A DNA stretch of 64,000 bases from Blepharisma stoltei ATCC 30299. Taxonomy: Eukaryota > Protista > Ciliophora. The first letter of the stretch is position 1, and the number at the start of each line of letters is the position of its first letter. The notes beneath the pieces are model-generated. The model saw nothing but the letters and a program-made list of their open reading frames with translations, did not search any database and was not told the origin of the DNA. A program made the translations under genes and the position numbers. The stretch lies in assembly GCA_965603825.1 (NCBI GenBank), contig CBFDEM010000028.1, positions 62,001-126,000 on the forward strand. The letters run 5' to 3'. Shown piece after piece: positions 22,736 to 34,656 of this stretch.

Positions 22736-23989
22736 ATGAATTCGGCTGGGCTCACAAATGATCAATCAGAAGCTCTTGTGAACTTCCAAGCTATCACTGA
22801 GTGCTGGGATAATTCAATAGCAATGCAGATTATGAGGAAACATAATTGGGATGTAACAGCAGCATCAAATGAGTATTTCGCATTTTTTTCGGCTGAAGCA
22901 CAAATGCAAGACAGAAACAACTATGATCGACCTGAGCCAAGACAAGAACCTCCTATAATAAATCAAAACCAAAATCAAGCTCAGCAAGCAGCTCCACAAA
23001 CCGAATCATACTGGTCAATTAAGTCTTGGATTACCTGAGGAGCTAAAGGAATATATTCAGGCGCTAGCAACATATTATGAAATATCTATACCTTTGTAAA
23101 ACCTCCTGTGATTCAAGAAGCTGAATCTGCAAGTGCCAGAGCATTTGTGACGTCTCTACAAAATTTAGGGATTCATGAAATTCCTCCGTTTAGCATACGA
23201 AATTTATCAGAAGTCCTACAAGATGGCCAAAGCATAAACAGGCCAGTTCTTGTATATATAAACTCAAGAGACGTCCCTGCTGGCTATTTAAGAGAAGTTA
23301 TATGCCACGAGGTGTCAATTGCTTTGATTGCAGAAAGTTATTTAATATGGGGAGTTGACGAAAATTCTCAGGATGGGATTAATGCAATAAGGCAGCTACA
23401 AGTTACTGCATTGCCTACTCTGGCTGTTGTGCAAGGTAGAAATAATGGCAGGCCACAAGTTTTAGATAGACTGGAAGGCTGTGCTTCTTTTGACACTTAT
23501 CTAGAATTTTTAGAAAGAAATTCAGTCCAAAATGTGGCTGGAGTGGACCCAGATTTGCATCAAGAAAGATTAATAAGGGAACAGCAAGATAGGGAGCTTG
23601 AAGAAGCAGAAAGGATTACAAGGGAGCGATATAGAGCAGAAGAACTCAAAAGGGCTCAGATTAAAAAGGAACAAGAGGAAGAAATGAGAAAACAGCAGGA
23701 AGAAGAACAAAGGAGGAAACAAAAAGAAGAAAGCATAGGCGAAGAGCCGAACCCAGGACCAGATATTGCTCTAATTAGTTTTAGGTTGCCTGATGGGAAA
23801 AAAATCGAAAGAAGATTTTATAAAGAAAAACAAATAGAAACCCTTTACGATTTTATCGAAACTTTATCCCTCAGAAACTTCGAAATCGTTACAAATTTCC
23901 CATCAAAGGTGCTAGATCAAAAACAAATAACCCTTGAAGCTGCAGGACTGTTCCCGAAATCTATTGTCTATGTCAGAGACACTTCATAA
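22736..23989 (+). CDS. UBA-UAS-UBX p97/Cdc48 cofactor (FAF1/FAF2-like), 417 aa
   Basis: TGA 23036 and 23078 read through. UBA-like FQAIT...HNWDV, thioredoxin-like UAS region, coiled coil, and UBX ISFRLPDGKKIERRF...TNFP...LEAAGLFP. Confidence 0.93.
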
Positions 23990-24072
23990 ATAATTGCTTA
24001 AGGTTTGCTAATTTCTTTAAAAAACCCAAACAATTTCTTCTAATTTTTTTCATAAAAATTCATATTTAAAAA

Positions 24073-25005
24073 ATGCAAGGTCTATCCAAGTTAATAATTA
24101 GACCGTTCAGAGAAAGATACTCAGCTGAGAAAGATCTAGGGCCTAAAAACTTTATAGTCAAAGGAAAAGTCTTTACCCGCAAGGATTTCGCAATAATAAA
24201 TTCTCGAGGCCTTGCTATCCAGTGCAGCTGGTTCTTACCTAAGTTTTCAAGGATCGCATATCCCTGCATGATATACTGTCACGGTAACTGTGGAAGCCGC
24301 TGTGACTCTTTGGATATTGCGAAGGCTCTATTGCCAGTGGACATTTCAGTTTTTACCTTTGATTTTACAGGCTCTGGACTATCTGAAGGCGATTATGTAA
24401 CCCTAGGCTACTATGAAAGTTGGGATATCAAAACTGTCGTAGAGTATATAAGGGAAAGTGGGCATGCCTCATCAATTGGACTATGGGGAAGGTCAATGGG
24501 AGCGGCTTCGAGCATTTTATATGCATCTTGTGATCCTATGATTTCTGTGCTAGTTTTGGACTCACCGTTTACGTCGCTTAAGCAGGTTACTGAAGATTTA
24601 TTGACATCTTATAAACTCCCAGCGATACTTTATAAATACTTATTTCAGTCAATTAGAGAACATATAATTGCCATTGCAAATTTTGACATTTTAGAAGTAA
24701 GTCCAATCAAATTTGCACAGTACTGCCAGATGCCAGCCATCTTTATGCATGGAGTTAAAGACAAGCTCGTCCCGATTTCACAGTCTAGAGAGCTTTATGA
24801 TGTGTATTCTGCTGATAAGTACTTATTGGAGCTAGGAGGTGGACATAATTCTCCGAGGCCTGCACAAGTTTTGGAGCGGGTAATTGAAATTTTAACAGAA
24901 GTGCTAGATTCTCCACAGCCTTCACAAGAATATCTTGAAGAAGGGATGAAAACAATTCGAGGTTTGCCTCCAAGTTTTAAAATCAATGTTTCTTTGAAGC
25001 ATTAA
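24073..25005 (+). CDS. Alpha/beta hydrolase
   Basis: YCHGN, FDFTGSGLSEG, nucleophile elbow WGRSMG, HGVKD, GGHN. Confidence 0.93.
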   Translation: MQGLSKLIIRPFRERYSAEKDLGPKNFIVKGKVFTRKDFAIINSRGLAIQCSWFLPKFSRIAYPCMIYCHGNCGSRCDSLDIAKALLPVDISVFTFDFTGSGLSEGDYVTLGYYESWDIKTVVEYIRESGHASSIGLWGRSMGAASSILYASCDPMISVLVLDSPFTSLKQVTEDLLTSYKLPAILYKYLFQSIREHIIAIANFDILEVSPIKFAQYCQMPAIFMHGVKDKLVPISQSRELYDVYSADKYLLELGGGHNSPRPAQVLERVIEILTEVLDSPQPSQEYLEEGMKTIRGLPPSFKINVSLKH

Positions 25006-25040
25006 TTACATGTATTTTACTTTAATTTCTTATTTTAATT

Positions 25041-25580
25041 ATGAAAGCGAGAAAAACTCCTACAAGCCCGTTTAGGAAAGGAGAAAACAGAAGGAAAAAT
25101 AATTTAGATGAAGAGCAGCTAGCTGAAATTAAAGAAGCTTTTGATTTGTTTGATACTGAGCATTCTAATGAAATAGATGCAAGAGAATTAAAAGCGGCAA
25201 TGCGAGCTTTAGGTTTTGAATTAAAGAAAAATGATATAAGACAGATCATGCAAGATCTAGACAAAGACGTAACTGAAAAAATCGATTTTACCCAATTTCT
25301 ATCAATAATGGCTCCAAGAATGTCCCAAAAAGATACACGTGAGCAGATCATGAAAATTTTTAAGCTGTTTAACGAAGAAAAAAATGGGAAAATCTCTTTT
25401 CGGGATTTAAAAAGAGTTGCGACTGAGCTAGGAGAAAGTCTAAACGACGATGACCTTCATTCAATGATAGAAGAAGCTGATAAAGATGGGGACGGACTGC
25501 TAAGTTTTGATGAGTTTTACAGAGTCATGAAGAAGCGAGGCAATGATCCTCTTCAAGATATTGATAGTGATAGCGACTAA
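25041..25580 (+). CDS. CETN: Centrin
   Basis: [51 protein letters not shown]. Confidence 0.95.
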   Translation: MKARKTPTSPFRKGENRRKNNLDEEQLAEIKEAFDLFDTEHSNEIDARELKAAMRALGFELKKNDIRQIMQDLDKDVTEKIDFTQFLSIMAPRMSQKDTREQIMKIFKLFNEEKNGKISFRDLKRVATELGESLNDDDLHSMIEEADKDGDGLLSFDEFYRVMKKRGNDPLQDIDSDSD

Positions 25581-25600
25581 TTAAAATAACTACAAATTAT

Positions 25601-27028
25601 TTATCTCGCGTTAGCTGATGTGTAATATGAGTCTTCACACACAATCATCTGATATATAAGGGGTATATACTTTACATTTTCAACTCCCACGATTTCATGA
25701 AGCTGCTGGTTTTCTTCATCTTCAGGTGGAGGGTTCTATATAAATCTTACTGATAAATATTCGTAAGCTTGGATAAACCTTGACATCCCAATGCGGGACT
25801 CTAAATAGCATCTCAGCGTTTCTATTCTGGCAAAAGCTGAGTCATTTTCACTGATTCCAGGCAATGGAACTCCTTCTGGTGTTAGGAAATTAGCTCTGGC
25901 TGGCTGATTTTCTTCAAATGACTCTTCATCTTCGTTGTGATTAGTTTCTAAGCCTTCTCGTAAGCATTTTATGATGTCTTCATATCTGCTTTGTTCTCTT
26001 GAGGCTCGCTTTTTTTCCTCACTAAATTCACTTCTGTTTCTTGGCTGCAAAATTCGCTCTTTTTTTCTCTCTTCTAATGGAGTATGTGGTCTGGAGCTTT
26101 CTTCATTTCGGGAGTCCCTTGATAAGCTTATTTGTGGGTCTTTAATGCTGTCTTGTTTTTCTTCAGATTGAGGCTCTCTAGGTATAGCTGATTTTTCGGA
26201 TTCGTGCTTTGAAATTGTTAGAGCTAAAATATCAGGGATCCTTGAGCTTAAAAAGTCTTTCTCGAGGATTCGTTTTATAGATGGACGTTTGTGGGGGTCT
26301 TTTTGAAGCATTTCGTCTATTAGGTCTTTTAGATTTTGGGAATAGACAGATGGGATTGAAGGGTAAGTCCCTCTTAAAATTTTAACCACCAGGCCTTTCA
26401 TTGAGCTGGCGTCAAAAGCATGTCTCAGAGTGACCATCTCATAAAGGATGCAGCCTAGACTTCAGATATCAGATTTCTGGTTGTATGGCTTCTCTTGGCA
26501 TATTTCAGGGGATAGATAATATGGCGTCCCAATAGCGGTTTGTGCGCAATCATATGTATGCTGTAAGACCCTTGAAATTCCAAAGTCTCCTATTTTCACT
26601 TCTCCTTTAGAGGTTAAGAAAACATTTTGGGTTTTAAGATCTCTGTGAAGAATTTTTCTGTCATGGATATGCTTGATTGCTAAGCAAATTTGTACAAACC
26701 AATCTAGTAAAAGATTTTCAGGAAAACCTTTCCCTAATTGTTTTTGTTTTGCAATTTTCGAATACATATCTCCTCCATCTGCATAATCCATGACTATACA
26801 CAAGCATCGCTTATCCATAAAACTTTCTCTATATGTGACAATGTATGGATGCCTCATTGCTTTTAAAACATGAACTTCATTAAGCGCTTCTTCTTTTTGT
26901 TTTCTATCCATACGAGAAACATCAATAATTTTCATAACATAGAGTTTACGGTCAACAGTACTTTGAACAAGCACAGCATGCCCAAAACTTCCTTTACCAA
27001 CTATTTTTACTTTGCGATATTTATCCAT
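25601..27028 (-). CDS. NIMA-related kinase (NEK1/3/4-like); intron 25736-25750
   Basis: [33 protein letters not shown](W)SLG with TGA at 26462. The last exon after gtaagatttatatag reads NPPPEDE...[11 protein letters not shown] and ends TAA. Confidence 0.95.
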
Positions 27029-27293
27029 TTATAATTCAAATATAAGAACTCCTTATTTCACTGCAATTTAAATTTATATCCCAACCGTCAACTGTATAAA
27101 TTTAAGAAATATTTTATTCTTAATTTTTATTATTATTTTATAAAAGAAATTACTCTCTGACAGACACTATAAGGTAATTATAGGTAAATTATTGAAGTTT
27201 CTAGGTTATTTTTATCAGTAAGAAAATAATAAAAATTGATTAAGAGTAAGGAAGTTTTAAAATTAAAAATAAGTCAACGCAATATATTTCAAA

Positions 27294-29291
27294 TTAATAG
27301 CCTGCTATAAGCTTGCAGCCTCTTCTCATGTTTGTGCACCAATCAGCTGGTGCTTTTGCTGCAAACTTATTTACTAGGAAAGTTGGAATTAGCCCTTTGA
27401 CGTCATTTTGAGTTATGATTGTAACTTTGCATGACCTTTGAGTTACTGGTCGTATTACATATCCAGAAATCAATGTTTCTGCTCTGATCACTCCTTTTCT
27501 TGGTGGCATCATAGGATGCTCCATGCTGATGAAATGAAGCATAATTGTATTTGGTTCAGGATAATTCCTGATCTCTATTCTTCTTTGAAGCCAATCTCTA
27601 CGTGTAAGCCCGAATGGAGCTTTAATCATATAGTAAAGTACCTCATAATCCGGAGTTTTATCAATGACCTTAAATTCATGAAAAAGTTTATCCCATTGAG
27701 TCCTTATCGAAGTATCCCAAATCGCCCTATACACAGTCTCCGCTGAATAATCGACCTCACAAAATGCTTTAATCATACAAATGGGCGAGTCGCTTACCTT
27801 TTTTTGATAGCAATGAGTTCCAGGTTTATTAACAACATGTCTCCATACCTTTTCTGAATTTTCCTCTTTTTCAATTTCCAATAGAATATCAAAATCCTTC
27901 TGATACTTGTGAACAGAAACATCAATTTTAGCCGTATTGACATGATTTACTTCTTCTATTGACTGCTTTTTAACAATATTTGATCAGGAAATGTCTAAGC
28001 TTTCTTTCCTTGACCTCGGCAGCTCGATGGATTTTTCTTCTTCATCGTCATCACTGCTGGCGCTTTGTTCAATGTCAGCTACTAAGCCTTTAAATGGGGG
28101 CGGAGGGGATTTTGGTGGGATAATTGACGAGGAAAAGCGCCTTTCTCCTGACCTATTGAGAGCTTCGATTTTTATAGAGACGTCTTTTTCATTGGCGACT
28201 GACTCAACATCGGATACAGAATCAGAAGGATCTTCTTGTTTAGCAAACATAGGAGGGTTAAACATATGTAATGATGAAGAGATCTCAGAAATAGCGTCAA
28301 GTCTTTCTTCATCTTTTCAATGCAACTTATGATAAGGGTGATGTCGGGTATATCCTGGAATACTTGCACGTCTTAATAGCAGTCTTTCGCTGGCTACTTG
28401 ATTTTCATAATTTTTTTCTGAGAAAATGTCGCCTTTGTTTTTAATGAAATAATCTAAGTCGTTTAAAAGCTTACAAGAAAGGAAATTTGTGTTAGCTTGA
28501 GAAGAATGAATAGCTGGAAAACGCAAAACCTCCTCAACTAAATTTTCGTCATGAATTTGTGATCGTTGGAGAATTTTTTTGGTTTTTTTTCGAGAAATTA
28601 AAAATTCAATCTGTTTAACGACTTCTAGCTCACGGTCTTCTCTTTCTGGCGGCTCTTTTAAAAGCTGCATTATAGGGATATAGATATGTTTTAGCCGTGC
28701 TGCTATTATAGTGGTATTTATGTTGAAATCTACTGAATATTTCAGCTCAGCTACAGAATTAATTAAAGCTGCGTGTGGGGCGTTTGTCCTTAAAAACTTC
28801 TTTAAGCGCCGGACTTTTTTCATTATTTCATTATTGTGAAGCTGCAGGATAAAAGCAGGTCGAAATTCGTTTATTACTTGTTCTAAAATTCCTGCGTAGT
28901 CAGAAATTGGGACTTTTGATTTTTTAAGTTTTTTCATAAATTGAAGTAGGCAATATAATCTAAGCTCATACTCTTTTTCTCTTGTAATATTATTTCGAGG
29001 TATTTTATGTCTTTTTCATCTTCGGCCTAATACATGGCCAATGCCCAGACCGAGAATTCCTCCAACAACACCTCCTACAACAGTAGCTCCTGTGAAAATA
29101 ACAAATCCTAATACAGCAAGTATTGAGCCTCCAAGAATGGTCCCGATATAGCGCTTATCTGTCACTCCTGTTGTTTCAAATATTTTTTGTATGCTTAGCT
29201 CATAAGAATTAAGTTCAGGTTGTACAGCTTGAGGGAAAATTTCCGATAATGTTATACAGCTTCTGGTTTTCCTATGCTTTCTCAAGCTCAT
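27294..29291 (-). CDS. Membrane-anchored START-domain lipid-binding protein, 665 aa
   Basis: Four same-frame track ORFs joined by TGA at 29016, 28317 and 27984. N-terminal Gly-rich hydrophobic hairpin; C-terminal START domain (RTQWD, PFGLTRRDW, GVIRAETLISGYVI, NDVKGLIP). Confidence 0.88.
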
Positions 29292-29839
29292 TAATTTTTT
29301 AAATAAATTTCTAGTTGAGACTATTAAATGGTAAAAATGCTGATATAAATAGCGAGTATAAATCCTGCATAAATTATCAAAATAAGATACCAGAATGCTA
29401 ATCTTTATTGATTGGAAAAGAAATATTTATATAAATAGCAATAGAAAAGAGATAAAGGCTTTGTGAATAATTGGCCAAAAATGTAAGGATATAGTAATAA
29501 TCATGTATTTTTTAATTTCTAAATAAGTTTAAGCTATGGTTTTACTATAAAGAACTAAATTTATAAACTTCATGATAAATAGAATCAAGTTTAAATTAAT
29601 CGAAAAATAGCAATAAAACTTTTTATCCGGGTTATTCAAAAAATCCAGCATAAAAAATTCCTAATTAAATGCATTAATATGCATATTAATGTGGCCAATT
29701 TAGAGCTCTTTATCTCTTTCAAGCAAAAATGCAAAAACTGATAAATCATACAATTCATATCTCTTGTTAAAAAAGCTGTAAAGGTTAGCATAATATTAGT
29801 TCATTATCTGATTAAAATTATTAAAATAAATAATACTGG

Positions 29840-30706
29840 ATGAAAGCAAGAAATCTAAGTTTGTCTCATTTCAACAAATTATTATCTACTTCTCACAGCA
29901 CGTGCATTGATTCATGCAAAACTATAAGATCAAGAAAATTTGAAGTTGAGGAAAATAACAAATCTGCAAGGCACATCCAACAGTTAATCGACAATTGTTC
30001 AGACTTTCAAAAGAAATTATTAGCAACAAAGGATAGTTTCTGCCAAAATCAAGAAAATCAATCGCATTATGTAAATAAAATCATATCGAAAAATTACGAA
30101 GAATCCAAGCCGTTTTATAAAAACGATAAAGAGTATATAAAAGGAAAATTGAGAATTGCTCATAAAAAAGAAATCCAAGAAAAAGCAAGAAAAGCTCAAA
30201 AATCGTCACGCTTATCCTGAGATCAGTTTTCTGAGGTTTCTAAAGAGTTTGAAAAGCGAGAATTTGGGAAGATTAATTCTTCTTCAGAAGATAAACGCCA
30301 TCTTTCTGATTTGTATTTATCAACGTTCAACTTAACTTCTGCAAGTGAATTTGCAACAAGCCCCAAAGTTCCTGGCTACAAAAAACAAGAAAAATTGATT
30401 TTTGGGAGAATAAAACGAGATTCTGTGCCTAGCCTATTTGATAAAAAAATGAGAAGAGAAATCACAATGACGCTGAAAAAAGAGGCTCACTTGTCGACAG
30501 ATTTTAATTCTCCTGATATAAAAGAGCCTCTATCTGCTAAAGAAACCAAAGCAGAATATGAAAAAATTATAATGGCTGATTTTAAAAAAATCAGAACTTT
30601 TACACATAAAATCAATTTAGAAAAAATAGTCCGGCTGAAGCTAAAAAGGCTGCTCCACAGTGTAAATCAGCATTTCCCATTAATTAATTTAAACAATCGT
30701 TTATAG
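29840..30706 (+). CDS. Hypothetical basic protein, 288 aa
   Basis: Two same-frame ORFs joined through TGA 30218-30220; ends TAG. Confidence 0.75.
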
Positions 30707-30707
30707 C

Positions 30708-31385
30708 TTAAAATGGCTTATTTACAGGTGATAGCCCAAACATTGGCGTCAAATTGCTGCTTCTTCTTATTGCATATTTTTTATTAATTTTTAATCTGTG
30801 TTTTTCATTTAAATACGGACTTAGCGATCTTGTATTGATTCTCTGCTGATCAAAGTCCAAATTTTTCATTGAAATAGCAGCGTTTAGTTTATTAAATAAA
30901 TTGCTGTTCGGAATATAAGTGTTTACTTGTTTTTTATTTTTATTTGTCAGATTTCCTGTTGATATATTAGTTTCTTCAAGCTCTTCAAGCAGTGTTTTAT
31001 AATTAATAATTTTCTTGTCAAAAGTAACAAAATTCATTATTTTATTGCAAAATTTCGGGTAAAACGGAATATAAGGCAAATGGTTGTCACTTGGCGTTGG
31101 TGAGTTATTTTTCGACCTGAAGCTTTTATATTGATTTTGATCCTTAAATGATGGTTTATTTATTTTTGGCAGAGAAATTGTCTCAAAGTTAATATTTGTT
31201 TTAGGTGGTGCATATGAAATTATGTTAGCAAGGTATTTTGTAGGGGATTGAGATATTGATGAATTGTTTGAGCGGAAATTGTAAACTTGGTGCTTATTAA
31301 TAACATTTTCCAGGACCTCTGTCGACTGTTTTAGATGCTCCTGAATGTTAACCGATACAGCATCATTATAGTCATTATGAGTCAT
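30708..31385 (-). CDS. Hypothetical low-complexity N/S/K-rich protein
   Basis: Open frame. ATG 31385 is the first ATG that does not overlap the PP2A-A start on the other strand. Confidence 0.7.
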   Translation of the reverse strand: MTHNDYNDAVSVNIQEHLKQSTEVLENVINKHQVYNFRSNNSSISQSPTKYLANIISYAPPKTNINFETISLPKINKPSFKDQNQYKSFRSKNNSPTPSDNHLPYIPFYPKFCNKIMNFVTFDKKIINYKTLLEELEETNISTGNLTNKNKKQVNTYIPNSNLFNKLNAAISMKNLDFDQQRINTRSLSPYLNEKHRLKINKKYAIRRSSNLTPMFGLSPVNKPF

Positions 31386-31402
31386 AAATAATAAATTTGG
31401 CA

Positions 31403-33127
31403 ATGGGTAAATCATAATTAGACCCAAATCCTTTAGAGCTTCTCCGAGAAGAATTAACTACTGATGAAGTCTACGTGAAAGTAAATGCAATCCATCGGCT
31501 TCAAATCGTGGCTACAGTGCTAGGTCCAGAGCAGGTCAAAAGTCAGCTCTTGCCTTATTTAGCAAGTATTTTTTATGCAGCCCTCACAAATGAAGATGAC
31601 GAAGTCCTCTTTGCGCTGGCCCAAGAGCTGGGAGCTCTTTATACATTTCTCCCAGGCCAAGCAAGCGCTTTGATGCCTTTATTGGAAACTTTAGCAGCAA
31701 TGGATGAAACAGTGGTCAGAGATCAAGCAGTGAAGTCACTTATGATAATTGCAGATGTTTTGCCTGATAGTGATATAATTAATCTGTTTGTACCGACCGT
31801 TATCAAGTTATCCACAGCTGAAAATTTCTCAGCCAGAGTGTCTGCGTGTGCTTTGTTTGCATCTGCATATCCTCGCAGTGGAAATTTGAAAGAAAAACTT
31901 AGGCAGAAGTTTTTGGAACTAAGCCACGAAGAAACACCAATGGTTAGGAGAGCTGCTGTCATTGAAATGGGTGTATTTGCCAAGGTAATTGAAAAACAAT
32001 TTTTAATTTCTGAGCTCATCCCTGACCTCCGGCAGCTAGCCCAAGACGAGCAAGACCAAGTCAGAACTCTTTGTGTAGACAGCTTAATCGAGGTTTCCAA
32101 GCTGCTCAACAAAGAAGAAAACAAGCTCCACTCCCTCCCTATCATTATCCTAATCGGTGAAGACAAATCCTGGAAAGTCCGCTACACCTTTGCAAAAGAA
32201 TTCCCAGCCCTTTCTGACGCCTTAGGCAAAGACATCACCGAAAGCTCCTTAATCCAGACTTTTGTCCAAGTTTTGCGTGACATTGAAGCTGACGTCAAAG
32301 CTATAGCACTATTATCATTGAAAAAGTCTTTACAAGTGATATCAAGAGACAGAATCCAAACTTTGGTTTTCCCAACTGTAGAAGCTATCGCACAAGACGT
32401 ATCTTTACCTCCAAAAGTCAGGAAAAACTGCGCACAAGTGATTTCTGAGATGGTTGGGTTTGTAGGGAAAGAATTTGCAGCGGCAAGAATTTCGCCGATT
32501 TGTTTGACTTTGCTAAATGATGATAATTATGAAATTAAATTGAAAATGATTGAAGGGCTTGGAAATGTAGCTGGAGCTGTTGGGCCAGAATTTCTGAGTC
32601 CACCTATTTGTGAGATTTTATTAAACTTAGCAAAGGAAGCGCCACAGTGGAGACTTAGAGAGTCAGTTTATAAAAGTTGTGTATCAATAGCTCAGGCTTT
32701 AGGAGAAGACGTGTTTATTGGGCTACTTCAGCCGATTTATTTCAATTTTTTGACTGATACAGTGAATGAGGTAAGAAAAACGGGGGTCAGAAAAGTCGCT
32801 GATTTAGTGCAAGTTCTCAGTCAAAATTGGGTGCTGGCTGAATTTCTGCCTAAGCTTGAAGACCTCTACCACCAAGATCTCGGCTATATCAGCAGGAGGA
32901 CTGTTCTTCATGCCTTAAGCCACCTCACCTTAGAAGCTGACCAATTTATCCCAATTTTCACTGAGGCAGCCAAAGATAAAGTCGCAAATATTCGCCTTGT
33001 CCTTTGTAAAGTGATCAAAAGACTCAGTTCAAGAATAGACATCGCCCCATTCAAAACCATGCTACAAGAGTTGTCAAGAGACCCTGATAAAGACGTCAAA
33101 TACTTCGCAATCCAAGCTCTTAAATAG
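31403..33127 (+). CDS. PPP2R1A: PP2A scaffold (A) subunit, HEAT repeats; introns 31407-31421 and probably 31566-31580
   Basis: Spliced start MDPNPLELLREEL, then DEDDEVL-like NEDDEVLFALAQELG, ETVVRDQAV, ETPMVRRAA, DEQDQVR, DKSWKVRY, DKVANIR, DPDKDVKYFA. Confidence 0.96.
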
Positions 33128-33185
33128 CAGGATTTGTCTCTTGGAAATAACTAATATCCTTATTTAAATTAGGACTTATTTAAAT

Positions 33186-33828
33186 TTACTTCCATTTTCT
33201 TGAAGTTTTAGATTTATATATCATAGTGCGGCGGAATTCTGCAAGAGACAGAGGAATATTTTGGTGGCTTTCTATAAAGGACAAAATTAATTGATCAGCA
33301 AGTTCGTCGTCATTTGTAGTAAAAAAAGAAAGCATTTCGCCTTTTTGGGCATCTTGGTAGTATTTTAGCACGATTTCGTTGTATTCTTCTATTGTTAATG
33401 GTATAGAGTAATTTATTAAGCAGGACACGTTGGCTAAATTTATTTTCTTGAAATAATTATTCAACGCAATTAGCAGGCCATTATCTTTTGATTCAAAATT
33501 TTTGATAATGTGATTATCTTGCATCTAAGCTATTTTTTACTGATAAAGAAGCCCCACTTAAAGTTCTTGGAAAAATAAAGAGTTCTTGTAAGTCTTTTTT
33601 GAGTAAACTCGTGCCCTCTTCATTATTACAAAGGATAAGCATTTTTTTGTCTTTATGCTCTTCAATTTTGTTTTGGAGGATTTTTAATCTTTTATTTGCT
33701 GCCACAACTTCAACAGACTGTATTATTGTGAAGCACTTACGCAAATCAGCTTCTTTTTGAGCTTCTTCAGGAATAATTTGGGAAAAAAATCGCTTTAATG
33801 TGCTTTGAGCTATTCTAAATTTAAGCAT
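33186..33828 (-). CDS. Stand-alone degenerate DEAD-box C-terminal (HELICc) domain with presequence-like N-terminus, 208 aa; 16-nt intron 33525-33540
   Basis: gtaaaaaatagcttag joins two track ORFs. IIQSVEVV...K, KMLILCN, LLIA, NVSCLINYSIPLTIEEY, GEMLSFFT and QNIP follow the Dbp2/DDX5 C-domain layout. Confidence 0.8.
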
Positions 33829-33942
33829 ATTTTTGTGTAAAAGGGAAGCTGTTAATCTTTGTAATACTTATATAATTGAAAAGATTTTACTTAAACTTTT
33901 AATTTAAAGCAATCCTTTGGTTCTATAATAGACTATAAAATT

Positions 33943-34620
33943 ATGATGCTGCTCAAAAACAAAAAAAGGACAAATACTCTTTACTCAGTCGCTGAGCTGC
34001 GTCTTTCTAAAGACCTAGCCGAGCTCTCCACAAAGCGCTACTCTGCAGGCTACACCAATGTAAATATCTCGTTCCCCTTCAAAGAAGGAATTCACGAGTG
34101 TGTCCCTGTTTCTCTACAAATTAAGCCAGACCAAAGCCACCTTTACGCAGGAGCATGGTTTCATTGTATCATAAAGATCAACCCAGGCTACCCCTTTAAG
34201 CCTCCAATTGTAATAGTTAAAAACCAAGTTTACCATCCCAACATAGACATGGATACCGGGCTTTTCCTAATTGACGCCTTACGTGATGAGGAGTGAAAGC
34301 CAGTGATGACAGTAAACGCTATAATTTTTGCTATTGAACTGGTCCTTTATGAGCCAAATCTAAACCTGATTCCCGAAAATCTTTTAAATGTCGAGATGGC
34401 GGATTTATGCAGAAATAATAAAAATGAATTCCAATGGAGGGTCAGCCAGACCTTACAGGGAGGAATTTTCTTTGATAAATACGCATTTTCACCACTTTAT
34501 GGAGAGCCAGTTAATAGAAAAAGACCAAGAGAAGGCTTAGAAGATGTGACCAGGAAAATGAAAAGAATTTCTTTGTGTGTTGAAATGTCGATGGAAGTGG
34601 ATCCACTGTCAACAAATTAA
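33943..34620 (+). CDS. Ubc12-like E2-fold protein lacking the active-site Cys, 225 aa
   Basis: AELRLSKDLAEL, YPFKPP, YHPNID, EE(W)KPV with TGA at 34294, LYEPN, LNVEMA. Confidence 0.9.
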
Positions 34621-34656
34621 AAATAATTAGGATTTATAATAAAATAAATTTTAGAG

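Noticed and set aside
29672-29691. Perfect 20-bp palindrome cattaatatgcatattaatg between divergent genes
   Set aside because: It is a single, very AT-rich occurrence and plausible by chance in this much AT-rich spacer DNA.
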